Below are positions 12,223-25,204 of a stretch of 64,000 nucleotides of DNA, one piece after another. The position numbers and the translations under genes were made by a program. Every line of letters begins with the position of its first letter. Within the stretch, counting starts at the first letter, position 1. The notes beneath the pieces are model-generated. The model was given only the letters and a program-made list of their open reading frames with translations. It was not told the origin of the DNA and did not search any database. This DNA is from Mobula birostris (Eukaryota): contig NC_092376.1 of the NCBI RefSeq assembly GCF_030028105.1, forward strand, positions 125,858,230 to 125,922,229, written 5' to 3'.

Positions 12223-14030
12223 TAATAACAATAATTATAATAATAACTCATTTATAGAGCACTTTTTATACAAACGATGTAGTTCAAAGTGTTTTTCAAT
12301 TGGGATAAAGTACAGATATGAAAATAAAAGACACAAAGATGTTAGTTAAAAGCAAGATTATATACATAGGTTTTCAGCAGCCATTTAAAAGTGTCAAATG
12401 AGTCTGTAACCCTTAAACTTTAGGTATTGAGTTCTGCAGTTTAGGTGCATCATTCAGAAAAGCTGACCTGCCAATTATCTTTTGAGAGCGATTGTTTAAA
12501 TTTAAAAGATCAATGGAAGGAGGACTGACTGGTCAACCAGGATTATAAATCAAAAACAATTCTGTGATTTACTCCCGTTTCAGACCACAGAGAGCTTTAA
12601 AAACAAGTAATATCATTTTAAAATCGATTCTAAAAGATAGTTAGGATGCAGAGTAGTTAGGATGGGAGTGATATGCTTCCTCACCCTGCTTTTAGTTAAA
12701 AGTCTAGCAGCGACACTCTAAATGAGTTGAAGTTTGTCAATAGATCGCTTTGGAAGGCCAGTAGAAAGTGCATTGCAGTAATCTAGTCTATTCAATATAG
12801 AGGCTTGAATTAGTTTTCCAGCTGCATTATGTGACAGAAACAGAAGCACTTTTGCATTATTTCTTAAGTGTAGAAATGCTGTGGTCACTTTCTTTATGGG
12901 GATTTAAAATTCAAACCTGAATCAAGGACAAAACCCAGGCTTGTTAATTCTGATTTTACAAGGGGAGCCAAGATCCCAAGTTTACCTAGAGGCTTATCTC
13001 TTTTATCTCTTACCGTCATTTAATTTTAGAAATTTATGGCTTGTCCATTTGTTTATTGCAGCCATACTAGAAGTCAGGGAAGATAAGAGTATATCAACAT
13101 CAAGTTCAATGGTGGGTGCCAATCTGCATAGCTGTGGTAATCAGAATATTTATTTATTTCACATTATTTTGTTTAGAGATACAGCACAAAATTGGTGATC
13201 TCTAATGATGTCTCCTAAGGAGAGCATGCATAAGAAGCGTAGGAGACCAAGACAGCTTCCCGGAGCAACACCAAAGTGTATACCATATCTCTTAGAAATT
13301 GGTTTTAAGACAGACAAAATATTTTCAAAGATATATGAGCAAAACCAATTAAGGGCACCACCAAAGAGGCCAACCTAGTTCTCAAGGCGGATGCTCTAGG
13401 AGAATGTTATGGTCAACTGTGTTGAAGGCAGCACTTAGATCTAGCAGAATTATGACCGGGACCCTGTTGTCATTAGTGCTGAGCCTAAGGTCGCTGACAA
13501 TTTTGGTAAGAGTCATCTCCTGCTATGGTTTACTCTAAAACCTGACTGAAACTTTCCTAGAATATTGTTGTCATTCAAAAAGTTGTTGAGTTGGTTGAAA
13601 ATTACTTTCTCAAGGATCTTGCCCAGGAAGAGAAGATGTGATTAAAGCCTGTAGTTAGCTAGTACTTCACTGTCAAGGTTTGGCTTTTTAAGTAGGGGTT
13701 TGACAACCACTGTTTTGAAAGCATCTGGAGAAAATCCAGTCTGAAAGGATGAGTTATTTTTCTCTAACGGAATTGAAAACACTATTAAAAGAGCTCTTAA
13801 ACTGAGTGGTAAGTACAGGAAGTAGGCAGTTTACTCCTTGTTACAACTTTATAGAGTTCTTAATCAGAAATACTTGTAAATTTTGACATGGTTGTCATCT
13901 TTTTGCGAGGCTGGCTATAGAGATTACCAGTATCTGTACCTATACTCTCCCTAATGAAAGTAGTTTTTATGAAGGAATTATTGTGAATTCCTCACATTTT
14001 GTGGAAAATGCTTGAATGAAAGTGACGAGT
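12223..14030 (-). mobile_element. L2 LINE, 5'-truncated
   Basis: Minus-strand RT motifs LLDLSAAFNTVDHNIL (about 13400-13446) and GVAPGSCLG; SRLDYCNALS region near 12770-12795; L2-type 3' end ACACTTTGAACTAC...AAAGTGCTCTATAAATGAG(TTA)n. Confidence 0.85.
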
Positions 14031-15377
14031 GAAAGAGAGTGGTGAAGAAATGAGTAAATAATCGGTAGTTGAGATGTAGATAGGAGATGAATAATTATCT
14101 GAAATTATCAAAAGATGAGAAAGCATGAATGCTGGAAATGTGAAATGGAAAGACTGGATTGTTTGATTATGTGAAACTGATTAATTCATTGCTGAATTCA
14201 AAAGGCTAGTACAGTATAAAAATTAAATGGGTCAAGCAATTCCAAATTTCCACAAAAATTCTCTGATAAAACAGGCTTCCGATTTTGACAATGGATTCTA
14301 TACCAATGCACATGAAACACAACTAAATTGACGCACTTTGCGCCTATTTAACTCTGAAAGAAATGCATTCCAATTTTTAACCCACCATGTGGAAAATTTC
14401 AGTCCAAAGTTATTCAATTTCTAAATTCTCATGATATTTTTCCATTGCTCCTGATGAACAATTGATAATGCGATGATAGATTCCGAGCTTCATTGTCTGT
14501 AAATAACTGGGGACAGCAATCAATGCATTTTAGGATTAGGATCAAGAGGATAAACAAAGCACAAAATGTTAATTTGGATTTTAATAGACTCAGAATGCTC
14601 CAGTTAAATAAGGATATTCAAACATGACAGGATAGCATGATAAAGAAAAGCAATCATTTACTTGAACTGCTTAAATGTGCACAGTTAATCTCAGAAAATA
14701 GAAAGAAAATGTCTTAAAATTATTAGGAAATGTAATATGCACTAAAGATAAAACAGAGCCCCCCCTGTTGTGCTCAATCAATCATTGGTCCCTGGAGAGA
14801 CATTTAGTAATTTCCGTGTACAGAACTGTCAGACTGCCCACTGATGAGTTCCTGATGTGTACCCACTAACTGTAGAGTAGGCCATTAAGTGGGCTGGTGA
14901 GAGTAATCTGCTGTGAATGTTAGACTACTACAAGTGATTAAATAGCTGAGGGTGATAAGAGGAATCATAAATAAAGTCAAGATAATCCTTACAATGCCAG
15001 ATCTTATATACTGTCCAAATTTCTGTTAAATACTAAATAGAATGTTATTAGTTTCAAGTCCAATTATAAATAGAATGAAACAACTATCATAGACCTCAGG
15101 CAAAAATATCTCTTAAAAATCTCATTTATGCTTAAGAAAAAAGTCATGAAATTTGCCAAGAAAAACAAAGGCCTAGATATACATCTGGATAATGCCCCAA
15201 AAGGCACTACAGAGATGAAAATTGTAGAAACATAGGGTTCATCAGTTTTGTATATTTTTTTTGACTGAGTTATTCACAATTGTGAATAAAGATGGACCTA
15301 CTGATAAAAAATAATCATGTGCCCTAGCTTTCAGGCTTCAAGCTTATCCAAATCAAGTCAATAATAATATAACATAG

Positions 15378-15620
15378 ACACCAGAGGTACTGCAAATGCT
15401 GGAAATCTACAGCAATACACATAATGTGCTAGAGGAGTTCAGCAGTCAGTTCAGCCAGCATCTATGGATGGGAATAAACTTTAAAATTTCAGGCCAAGTC
15501 CCCTCATTCAGGCTGGAGAGAAAGAGGGAAGAAGTCAGAATAAGAAGGTGGGGGGGGGGGGTGATAAAGTAAAGATCTGAGAAGTTGTTTGGTGGAAGAG
15601 GTAAAGGGCTGGAGAATACA
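15378..15620 (-). mobile_element. Penelope end fragment
   Basis: CTGCAAATGCTGGAAATCT..GTGCTAGAGGAGTTCAGCAG..CAGCATCTATGG with a decayed hammerhead region. Confidence 0.7.
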
Positions 15621-15719
15621 ACACACAGATTTGGTGCATAGTGAATTTTTCAATTATTTTAGCCTGATTTGTAAACCAGCTTGTAATGATCAAAAGATTC
15701 AAAATGTGCATTATTTAAA

Positions 15720-16301
15720 GAGTTCCAGGAGCACCACTGAGAGTGTCCTGACAAGTTGCATCTCCACCTGGTATGGTAGCAGCCAAGCATCAGACCAGAA
15801 GTCCCTACAAAGAACTGTGAGAATAGCTGAGAGAATCATAGGGATCTCCACACCATCCATCGGGAACATTCATTAGGAGCGCTGAATACACAGGGTTTAT
15901 TAAGGATCCCACCCATCCATCCAGCATCCTCTTTAACGTTCTACCATCAGGCAGGATACCACGATGCATAAATACAAGAACAGCTAGAATGAATGACGGT
16001 TTCTTCTCCAGGCCGTTAGGCTTCTGAACTCCCTGCTGCATTGTATTCAAAGTGTCACTGGTTAATCTGCTCCATACCTTATAGTATTTAGCATTAACGT
16101 TATGTTTGTTATGTATGATTCTGGAAGATTTTATCCTTACCTTCATAAATTACTATGTGCTGTGTGTGCTAAATGTACTACTAAGCTTTACACCCTGGTT
16201 TGAATAAACGTTGGCTTGTTTATCTATACATTATTCAGTTATATATGATGTTATATACATGTACGTATATAGCTAAGTGACAATAAACCTGACTTGACTT
16301 G
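15720..16301 (+). mobile_element. Rex1/Babar 3' fragment
   Basis: TTESVLTSCISTWYGSS..LQRTVRIAERIIG; tail TGACAATAAACC(TGACT)n. Confidence 0.85.
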
Positions 16302-17919
16302 GGTTGTGCATGTATTTTCTGCAGTCTTGGATGGAATGCTGCCAAATATACTTCAAGGAGACTGACCCAAATCCAGTTTTTGTATCTCTGTATGGATTCA
16401 ATAAGTCTCTGTATCTCCCTCTACAGTGGCTGCCTGACCAGCTGAATAACTCCAGCAATTTCTGGTTTTTTTCCTCTTTCCAATCCTACAGTTTTTTTCT
16501 GATTTTTGATTTTTCGTTTTTGGTCAGATTAGAACGTAGTGAAAAGTTGGAAAAAGACCAGTGACAAATGAAGTTGTCAGAGAAGTGATGTGAGCTGATG
16601 GCGATATGGGGAGGATAAGAAAACTGGAATGAGTGTAATTGAATGCTTCATGGTTGGTGCAGATTCAAGTGGCTGAAAGACCTCTTCCTGTGCGAATAGT
16701 TCTATGAATCTAACTTAAATCCAAACTTTGTTCGACTGGTTTGATTTGTTCTTCTGGCTTCTGGTCAAACAGCTACCAATCTAGTGTCAGTGATGCTGAA
16801 TGTTGAGAATGGTTGTATCATGTTAATGTCACAAGTGGATTTTATTTAATTGGACATATTCACAATCAAAATCTCAGGAGGCTATCTCTCCTGCCACCTG
16901 ATATTCACCAACATTCAGCTATTAATAAATACAATTAATTGATATCCTGTTCCATCAAGCTACATCTAGATTAGAAAATCTCAAATCAACTGGGGTTTTG
17001 ACATGTAAGGTGAGTGCTTATTCCTGTAGATAAAAGTTGACAAAGTATTTCCAGAATTTGATAGGTATAGTTATAGAATTGATGTTCTTATTATTTTAAT
17101 TCCTGACAACCATCTCTGTCCCAGTATTGGGAATGTGTTCGTAACTTTATTTCTCTCAAGCAATTATTTCTCAAGATCATACTCCTGCTAGCAATGTTCA
17201 CTGCTCTGCAGTTTTCTATCTATGTGGCTGAGCCAGGGCATGATGGGCTCTTATTATGTAGAGTATCCTTGGCAAAGTTACTGAAATATAGGGCAGAAAT
17301 GCTGATGCTACAGCCTAGGTTCGGCCACATTTAGAATTAAATGACAACTGGGTGACAGAGTTAGATACTTAAATTAGTTTGTTGCAGTGCTTTGAGGGAG
17401 CTTTTAGTCCTTCACTTTAACCTTATCCTCCTTCTGGGATTTCAAGTATGTCACCTCTATGTGTTAAAATGCTGATGTAGTGTTTAATTGAAGGGTTTTT
17501 AAAGGTCCTCCACTTTTTCTCCAGACTCAGTAACAATCAATATTTCAGATTACAGTATTCCATCACCTTCAGGCAAAAATTACAGTTCACCCTATTAGCA
17601 GTTTAACATCTACCTTTGATATTGTTCTATATACCGTATTTTAAAAAGCTTCATAATTAAACATTTTTGATAAAATGTGAAATAAGAGTTGTTAAATAAG
17701 CGAAGAGTGGTTAATTGACAATGGGAGTTAATAGAATGAAAATTGCTGCAGGAGGTAGAGGAAGTAGTACAGTTGTTCCATAAAATGCAAGTGATTTGCC
17801 TGTCAGATAATCATTGAGTGGCTAAAATATTTTAACCTTGGTGTATTATTACTGAAAACAATTCTCCAAGACACTGTAGTCCTTCTGTAGCACTCAATCC
17901 TTTCAAGTCTTGAACAATG

Positions 17920-18239
17920 TGTGTCGAGAGACCTTGACAAAGATGGTTTGGACACAAGTGCTGGAGTATCCAAGGCTAGGATCGAGACAGGATACTAGAT
18001 TGAAATGAGAATGGAGTACTTAGCAAGGTGTTATACCATAATCCAAGTAGAATTTACAGTTGAGCACTGAGGCTCTGTTCAGGTGCTCTTTAAATACTGA
18101 ATTCTTGGTGCCCAAAACATGCTTGTCAATCAGCAGGATGGTCCTGAACCCTTAAAAGGGCTGCACCAGCTATCCATACTGCGGAGAGTCAGAACACCTC
18201 AACCCTGGAAGCTGGTGTGGTTGGGTGCGTCTCGTAACA
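17920..18239 (-). repeat. 3' LTR of the sushi-like element
   Basis: Direct repeat of 21039-21338. I counted 13 mismatches in the first 62 aligned bases. Confidence 0.95.
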
Positions 18240-21026
18240 GGACCCCCTCTCCTGCTCAGAGATATGGTGATAGTAGTTGTGGAAGAAAATCAGGTCCAAG
18301 ATGTCTTTTTCAGGCACCCAGCACCTCTCTTTGGGCCCAAATCCTTCACAGTCCACAAGGTATTGTCAAACATCCCAAACAGTACATGAGTCCAAAAGTC
18401 TTCTCACCATGAAGGCTTGTTCCCTTTCAATAAACCTAGGTGCTGGTGGGGCTGATAGTGGTGGGGTGAAGGCACAGGTGCTGGCAAGTTTTAATTTAGA
18501 GATATGAAAAGTGGGATTGATCTTCAGGGTCTTGTGGAGTTGCAATGGGCAATGGGTTTACTTTACTGAGGACCTTGAAGGGCATGATGAACTTTGGTGC
18601 CAACTTTCTAGACTCCACCAGAGAGGTAAATCCTGAATAGACATCCAGACATGTTGCCCAGGCTGCAGGGAGGTCCCTGTGTTCTCCTTCAATTAGCCTT
18701 GGTTTCTGCCTTCTGGGTAGAGGCCAGCAAAAGCTCCCTTGCTCTAGTCCATTTTAGCTTGCAGTGTTGGACAAGTACTTTTGCTGCAGGAACCCCAATC
18801 TCAGCCTCCTGTTTGGGGAAGAGTGGCGGAGGATACCCAAATTGACATTTGGACGGGGATATTCTGTGCGCTGAATGCTGTAAGGTGTTGTGGGCAGCCT
18901 CTGCCCACGACATATAGTTGCACCACTCATTAGGTCTTTCCGAGGTCAAGCACCTTAGGGTTTATTCCAAATCTTGGTTGACCCGTTCCATCTGGCTGTT
19001 GAACTGCGGGCAAAACCCAGAGGAGAGACTTGCTGATGCCCCAATCAGTTTACAAAATGCCTTCCAGAAATGTGATGTGAAGTGTGGACCATGAACTGTG
19101 ACTATGTCTACTGGAAAACCCTGGATTCTGTAGAACTGGTCAGGACAATTTCAGCCACCTCCACTGCAGGTGGTAGCTTGTCCAAGGCAATGAATCTGCA
19201 GGCCTTTGAAAACCAATCGACAATTATCATAATGACAGTCTTCCCCTTGGAAGGCAGAAGAACCATGACAATGTCCATGGAGATTTGTGCCCATGATCTG
19301 TCCAGAACAGGAAGAGGATGGAGGAGCCCTTGAGGTTGGGTATAGGTCTCCTTGTTCCAGGCGCACACCTTGCTTGCCTGCATGCATTGTTGAAACTTCA
19401 TTATGCTTCTCTCTGGGTCTCAGAGCGCATATAATCAACCACGTAGAGGACAAGTACCAGGAAGATGATCTATAGCACAGTCATAGGGTCCATGTGGTAG
19501 AAGAGTCAAAGGCCTTTCTCTTGCTGAAGACCTCTTCCAAGTCTCTGAATGTGGAGGGAACTTCAACGAGGCTGGGTGTAGCAAGTTCTGCTGAACCGTC
19601 CTCCAAGGACGACACCTGAGGCTTCTTATTTGGTACAGGTGGCTTGACCGACTTCTGAGTCTCCTCTCTAGCCTCGCTAGACTCTGTCATATCCTCGAGC
19701 GATGGCAACAAGGTGTATCAGATGGTCCTTGCACTCCAGGAACAGGTTCCAAGGGGCTGCGTTTAAGGAGTCTTCCCTTTAGTCGGGACCTGGCGGCTGG
19801 ACCCCCTGGGACAGCAAATGGTACCTGAGGATCAGGAGTATGAGTGGTGAGCCAGTGATTGTAGAAACTATTGTCCTCCATGTGATCCTCAATCTTCATC
19901 TGCAAGACCAAAGTCTATTGCTGAATCTGCCCAGAACCTGGGAATGGCTGTCCAAGACAGTTGCAGGCATAGACTGGCTCAACTCTCACAGTGGTATATC
20001 GAGCCGATGGGCAGTCCCTAAGTCCAGGAAATTGCAAGCTGCCCCAGAGTCCAAAAAAGCCTTCACCTCTCTTCTGTTACCCCAGGAGATCTCTGCCTTT
20101 AATGTGACACCTGAATTCATTGGTGTTTGGAGATGGTAGGTGCTACTGTCACAGTCCTCCCGACACCGGACAGACTTAGCTTCGGACTTTAGGCCCGCAG
20201 GTGACCTGCTTCTCCACAGTACATTGAGCAGCCTTGATTCTGATGATTGTTGGCCTTGTGTAACCGATCTGCACGTGCTTGACAGAGTCCAGAATACGAG
20301 ACAGGCTGGATATGGTCTGAGATTGGGGAAGTGAGTGGAACTGTGATGGGCTGAGGCTGGGCTTAGGCAAGCCCTCTTTGCCCACGTGATGTAGTCCCCC
20401 TTGTGCTGTTCAAGATGATTGTAGGGCAGATAGTGATGAACTGGTCAATGAGGACCTCTAAATCCCCTGCTGGTTCTCCCAAGGCAAGGACATCCTTTAG
20501 TTTGTCCAAGGATCTGCGACACTACAGAGTGGCCAAGAATTCCCATTCCAACCACTCTCTTGGGCCAAATGCAGCTTTAACAGAACTGTGTAAGGCTTTG
20601 TTTATGCTGGAGGGATGATAAAATATCTTTGTCATGGTTGCGATGAACTTTTCCGAGATCTCTGACCTTCATTCCAAATGCATGGTAGCCCAGTCAAGGG
20701 CTCTCCTGGTCGGGAGAGAGGTCATGAAGGCCACTTTTCCATGCTCTGAAGGGAACTGGGATGGCTGGAGTTCAACCACCAATGAGCACTGAGTGAGGAA
20801 GCTGCAGCAAGAACCCGGGTCTCCGTTGAATCTCTCCGGGCTCGGAAGAGGTACTGGTTCCGCAGAGCAACCGACAGCCTCACCCAAGCAACTCTGGCTT
20901 CCTCCTTGTGATAGCTGGTGCATGGCGGCCTGGAGGTCATGTGTCTCCAGGTTCTGTCTGGAAATCCTTTCGCTGTGGCTGGCCACAGCTGCCCAGAGAC
21001 TCTAATATCCCACTGCATCCATGGTG

Positions 21027-21038
21027 GCTCAATCATAC
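21027..21038 (-). promoter_or_regulatory. Self-priming primer-binding site, complementary to the predicted transcript 5' end at 21184-21173
   Basis: Plus GCTCAATCATAC (21027-21038) is the exact reverse complement of plus GTATGATTGAGC (21173-21184). It abuts the 5' LTR, and there is no TGG-starting tRNA-type PBS. Confidence 0.85.
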
Positions 21039-21338
21039 TGCGACAAGAGACCTTGACAAGGATGGTTTGGACCCAGATGCTGCAGTATCGGAGACTGGAA
21101 CTGAGACACAATACTAGATTGAACTGAGAACTGAGAACTTAAAAAGACATTATACCATAATCCAAGTAGAATGTATGATTGAGCACTGAGGCTTCATTCA
21201 GGTGCTCTTTAAATACAGAAATCTTCACACCCAAAATATGATTGCCAATTAGTGGGACAGTCCTGAACCCTTCCATACTCCGGAGAGTTAGCGCGTCTAA
21301 ACCCCAGAAACTGGAGAGGTTGAGTGTGTCTCATATCA
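21039..21338 (-). repeat. 5' LTR of the sushi-like element
   Basis: Direct repeat of 17920-18239. Minus-strand TATA-like TATTTAAA at 21215-21208. Confidence 0.95.
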
Positions 21339-22544
21339 CAATGTATAAACTAAACAGTTTAGTGCTCTTCTTGTGAGCTGTTTGTAGTTTATTGTCCTCT
21401 CTGATATGGTTGCCTTATCCAAGTATCTAGTGAAATGGGCACACGAAAAAACTTCTGTCTTCAGTTGTATTTGGAAAGGCTATTGAAATATTCAGAGGAG
21501 AGAGCGAACAATTTCTACACTATAAGAACTGCCGATGTGTTAACTAATTAGCTAAATTTTGACCAAAATTATCCTGTTAACAATGATAAGACTATTTTTG
21601 CAATAATAATGCATTGCTTTTCCACAGATGACATGGTAATTTAACTGATTAAAAGTAATATTTCATCTACACTTTGGATCCATTATATCTACATTTCTAG
21701 ATTATTGAAGGATTCTACATTCAGAGCAATCAGAACTTGAACAGTGCTAAACCAAGTCACCGACCATTATCTCAACAACAAACCTCTCTCAAGCACAGAT
21801 GGGTGTTTTGAAACCCACCCCCCCCAACCGAATCCTTAAGATCTTCAAAGCTTGCAAGATCTTGTTCCTTTATTATTTTTCATAAAGTCAATCAATGGAT
21901 GGGCAGACCATCATAGACTTTGTTAAAAATTTGCTACAAACTCTGACCCTTTATTTTAAACTGCCAGATACACAAAATCCTCCAGATAAACGAATCAGCA
22001 TTAGATCAATAATGTATTTCAAAATTGATTGAATATCTCAAAATTGATAGAATATTCTAAGATACAGAGAAAGGCAGAATACATATTAAAAATGGTTTGC
22101 TTTTATGAACGTGCTATAACCTTTGCGAAGGAATAACTTTACATTTGCAGAGGTCTGCTGTTAACGGAGTTTAAAAGAAACATGCTTATTTAAATTAAAT
22201 GAAATCCCATTGTTGCTTTATGTCTGAATAAGCAAGAAGGCGAAAAGGAGAATTCATTCATCAGGAATTAAAACTATCTGGTCACAGCATGGTGTTAACT
22301 CGACTGAATGAGACTTCATCTGCAGATTAGTAGATTTAGTATCACATTGTAGAAAACATGCAAATCACATTTACAATTCACTTCATTGAACACTTAGAAT
22401 TTAGTTAAACAAAATGTTTATAAGGTTAGTCAACCCTGAGTTACTCAAGTGCATATAAGCATAATAAAAGATTACATACATAATGAAAAAAATAATTTTA
22501 CCAAACAACGTTCATACTGCCCAAAAATATTGAAGTCGGCTTAC

Positions 22545-22571
22545 TTTCATTCCTCTCCTGAACATACACAG
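22545..22571 (-). other. Candidate 27-nt microexon of an unidentified host gene
   Basis: Minus strand: CACTTAAAATACAATTTTGCTTTCAG | CTGTGTATGTTCAGGAGAGGAATGAAA | GTAAGC. Frame-preserving length, UGC near the acceptor, downstream TGCATG at 22362-22357. No transcript evidence. Confidence 0.4.
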
Positions 22572-25204
22572 CTGAAAGCAAAATTGTATTTTAAGTGGGA
22601 ATATAAATAGAAAAAATTGAAGGCATATGATTTTGTTGGCTCTGACATCTGGAGTGCCTTCAAAATGCAAGTGCTACCTCGTTTCAGCTGCAGCTTTCTG
22701 TCTAGAACTATACATGAAAAGGATGAATTGAAGAGTTCTGTATCAGCAGGTCCTGAGGTCAACAACCACCAGTTAGTTTTAAACATGCAATATTCAAATA
22801 CCATGTAACGCTTGTTGTAATTAATAGATTACAGGGTAAACACATTGAAATGCAAAGTTATAAACCAGCCTGCTATAACCTGAGGAAGCTCGTGATGAAG
22901 CCGTTTATAATATGTCATTCATTTTCCCACTATGAATATTCACGAGGTGTAATTAATATGGCTTGTAAACCCACGCTGTAAAATCACAGAACATCAATAT
23001 AATAATACTCGACATCCCTGGTAGCCTAGTAAGTCTCTGCTTTACCTGCAATGCATGCGATAGAATTTGTTTTCTGTCATCTTAATTCATCGTGCTTTTG
23101 TACTAACCTTTTTGATCCCTGGTCAGCAAAAAAACAAGTTTTCTTCACAGGACCACTAGCTAGTATTGGCGATGTTAAGCAAGTCTACCTCTCATCTTTA
23201 ACCCTTTGCAACTGCTAAGAAATTGCATCACGCCTCAGTAGCAGGTCACCTATTAAGAGCTGTTGCTATCAGCTAAATCATTCCTATACATACCACACTT
23301 ACATTCACTAAGCATTTAGAATTTCAATCATCCAGGCTTCACTTAGTACAAGGCTAAAAGGAGTAAGTATCCACAATGCCCAAGCAACAAAAATCCTAGT
23401 GGTGCTCTAAATTCTTGCTTCACAGTTCAAAGACGGTTCTAAAAACTGAACGTGAGAATCTTTATATGTGATTAACCTTAGTCCTTTTAACCGAGTGCAA
23501 ACAGTTCATCCTCCCTGTTCTTTCTAAGGCTTTCAGCACCCCCAGCCAACAATAATCACTCAGTTTGATAGAAAAGACCAATATTGTGATTCGATAGTTA
23601 CTTGGAGTTTCTCTGCACTGCTCAATGCCTGTCTGTACCTCTTAAAGGTGAAAGCACACTGCAGCAGGTTTTAGAAGTCCTTACAGGGATGATTGCAATT
23701 TGCTAAAAAACCCTGTTAACTCAGCGGATAGAAGCATGTTCCAAGCCACATTACAGACACATGGAAGAGGTGATGTGTCCCATAGAGACTTTCAAACACA
23801 CACAGTGAAGGCACTGGGACTGGAATGAAGCCAGTGCCAAAAATCAAATCCTGAGAATCTGGCTGTTGTCATGCAGGAACTAATTACCTCAGACATGTGT
23901 TAGTGAATATGTCTACAAATGCCATGTTCCACATATTATAATGTACCACACCGCTTAATGCACCATATCCTCACCACTCCTGTCTAAGCCTCATTACCAG
24001 TCATGGCTGTCATTTAATGAACCACCATGTCCTGGCACCGCTGAAAGCTTCACATCCACACTTCATACCTTCTTCATCTGCCAGCAAATTAGCTGCAAAA
24101 GGCACATTTACCCAAACACACATCCCTTTCGCTTACTGGACAAGCAGACATAACTAAGGTAGCAACAATCTATAAGAATGGTGCATTACTTTATGTCCTG
24201 GAGCAGAGAGCACTCATGCCCACCAACTGACAGAATATCCCATGTCTCCCTTAATCTAGCTTCTGATCTATAAACTGAGGACTCCATGAACAAGTGTGTT
24301 TAATCTCCCCCACAGCTGCCACCAATGCCGCACAATATAGGAAGTGAATGGAATAGTCCCTTCAGAATGCTGAAAGAGGAAGACTCATCAGTGATGAAGC
24401 TTGCGTAGGATGATCTGTTGAATGAAGTGGCCGGTGCTGCCTGTTCTTGTTCTACTCAGGAGAATGAGATTAGAGACATAGGAAATAGATGAGATGTAGG
24501 CAAGAGCTCTGCCCACACTGAAAACCATAGTTAATCAAGGAGGAAGAAATTTCAGAGTCACTTGTGCAGCTCAAGACTTCTGATTCTATTCACTCCATTA
24601 TGGCACTTTAGTATTCCTTTTAGCACTAGTTCAGATTGCACCACTATCTGTGCACCATGTTGTTGCTTGAACAGGAGGGGCTTAAACAATTTCCATTCAA
24701 AATAACCCTTGAGAAGTTTACTTACCTTGGAATTGCAATAACCAAAAAGTACAGTTCTCTACCTGAAGCAAATTTTATCCCTCTAATTGAAAAGATTAAA
24801 AAGAAAATAGAATTTTGGAAGACACTCCCAATTTCTTCAGTGGGTAGAGTAAATGCAGTCAAGATGATCTTTCTTCCCCAACTGCTCATTCTATTTCAGA
24901 ACCTGCCCCTCTATCTTACCAAAACCATTTTTAAAGGATTAGATTTCACAATTCTACCTATTATATGGAATTATAAAGCCCATCGAAGTAGGAAAGAACA
25001 TCTCTGCAAGAATAAGACTAGTGGGGGGGCTGGCACTACCCAACTTTATTTTTTATTACTGGGCTGCTAACATTAGCCGTATAGCATACTGGATAGATGA
25101 TACAGTTGTACTTCCCGGATGGTTGGAGATGGAGCATGAGGATTGCCTACCATATTCCATAGGGGCAATCATTATGTCCCCTATTCAGTTAAATAAAGCC
25201 TGTT

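Larger units (their letters stand above)
17920..21338 (-). mobile_element. Tf1/sushi-group (chromovirus) Ty3/Gypsy LTR retrotransposon with complete termini, RT/RNase H deleted
   Basis: Two LTRs with TG...CA ends and a 5-bp TSD CAATG (17915-17919, 21339-21343). PEG10/RTL-like gag PSPERFNGDPGSCCSFLTQC, protease VKAFLDSGAACNFLD, integrase QGLLHPLPVLDRSWAQISMDIV, chromodomain [18 protein letters not shown], and a PPT (minus GGAGAGGGGG) next to the 3' LTR. Confidence 0.95.

Noticed and set aside
20669-20986. Domesticated PEG10/RTL/LDOC1-like gene
   Set aside because: It is part of a two-LTR element, with a stop six codons after the ATG and further disruptions downstream.
23101-23150. TACTAAC branch point with plus-strand acceptors, or an 11-nt minus-strand mini-exon
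   Set aside because: The strand interpretations conflict, the 11-nt length is not frame-preserving, and the plus frame I translated stops quickly.
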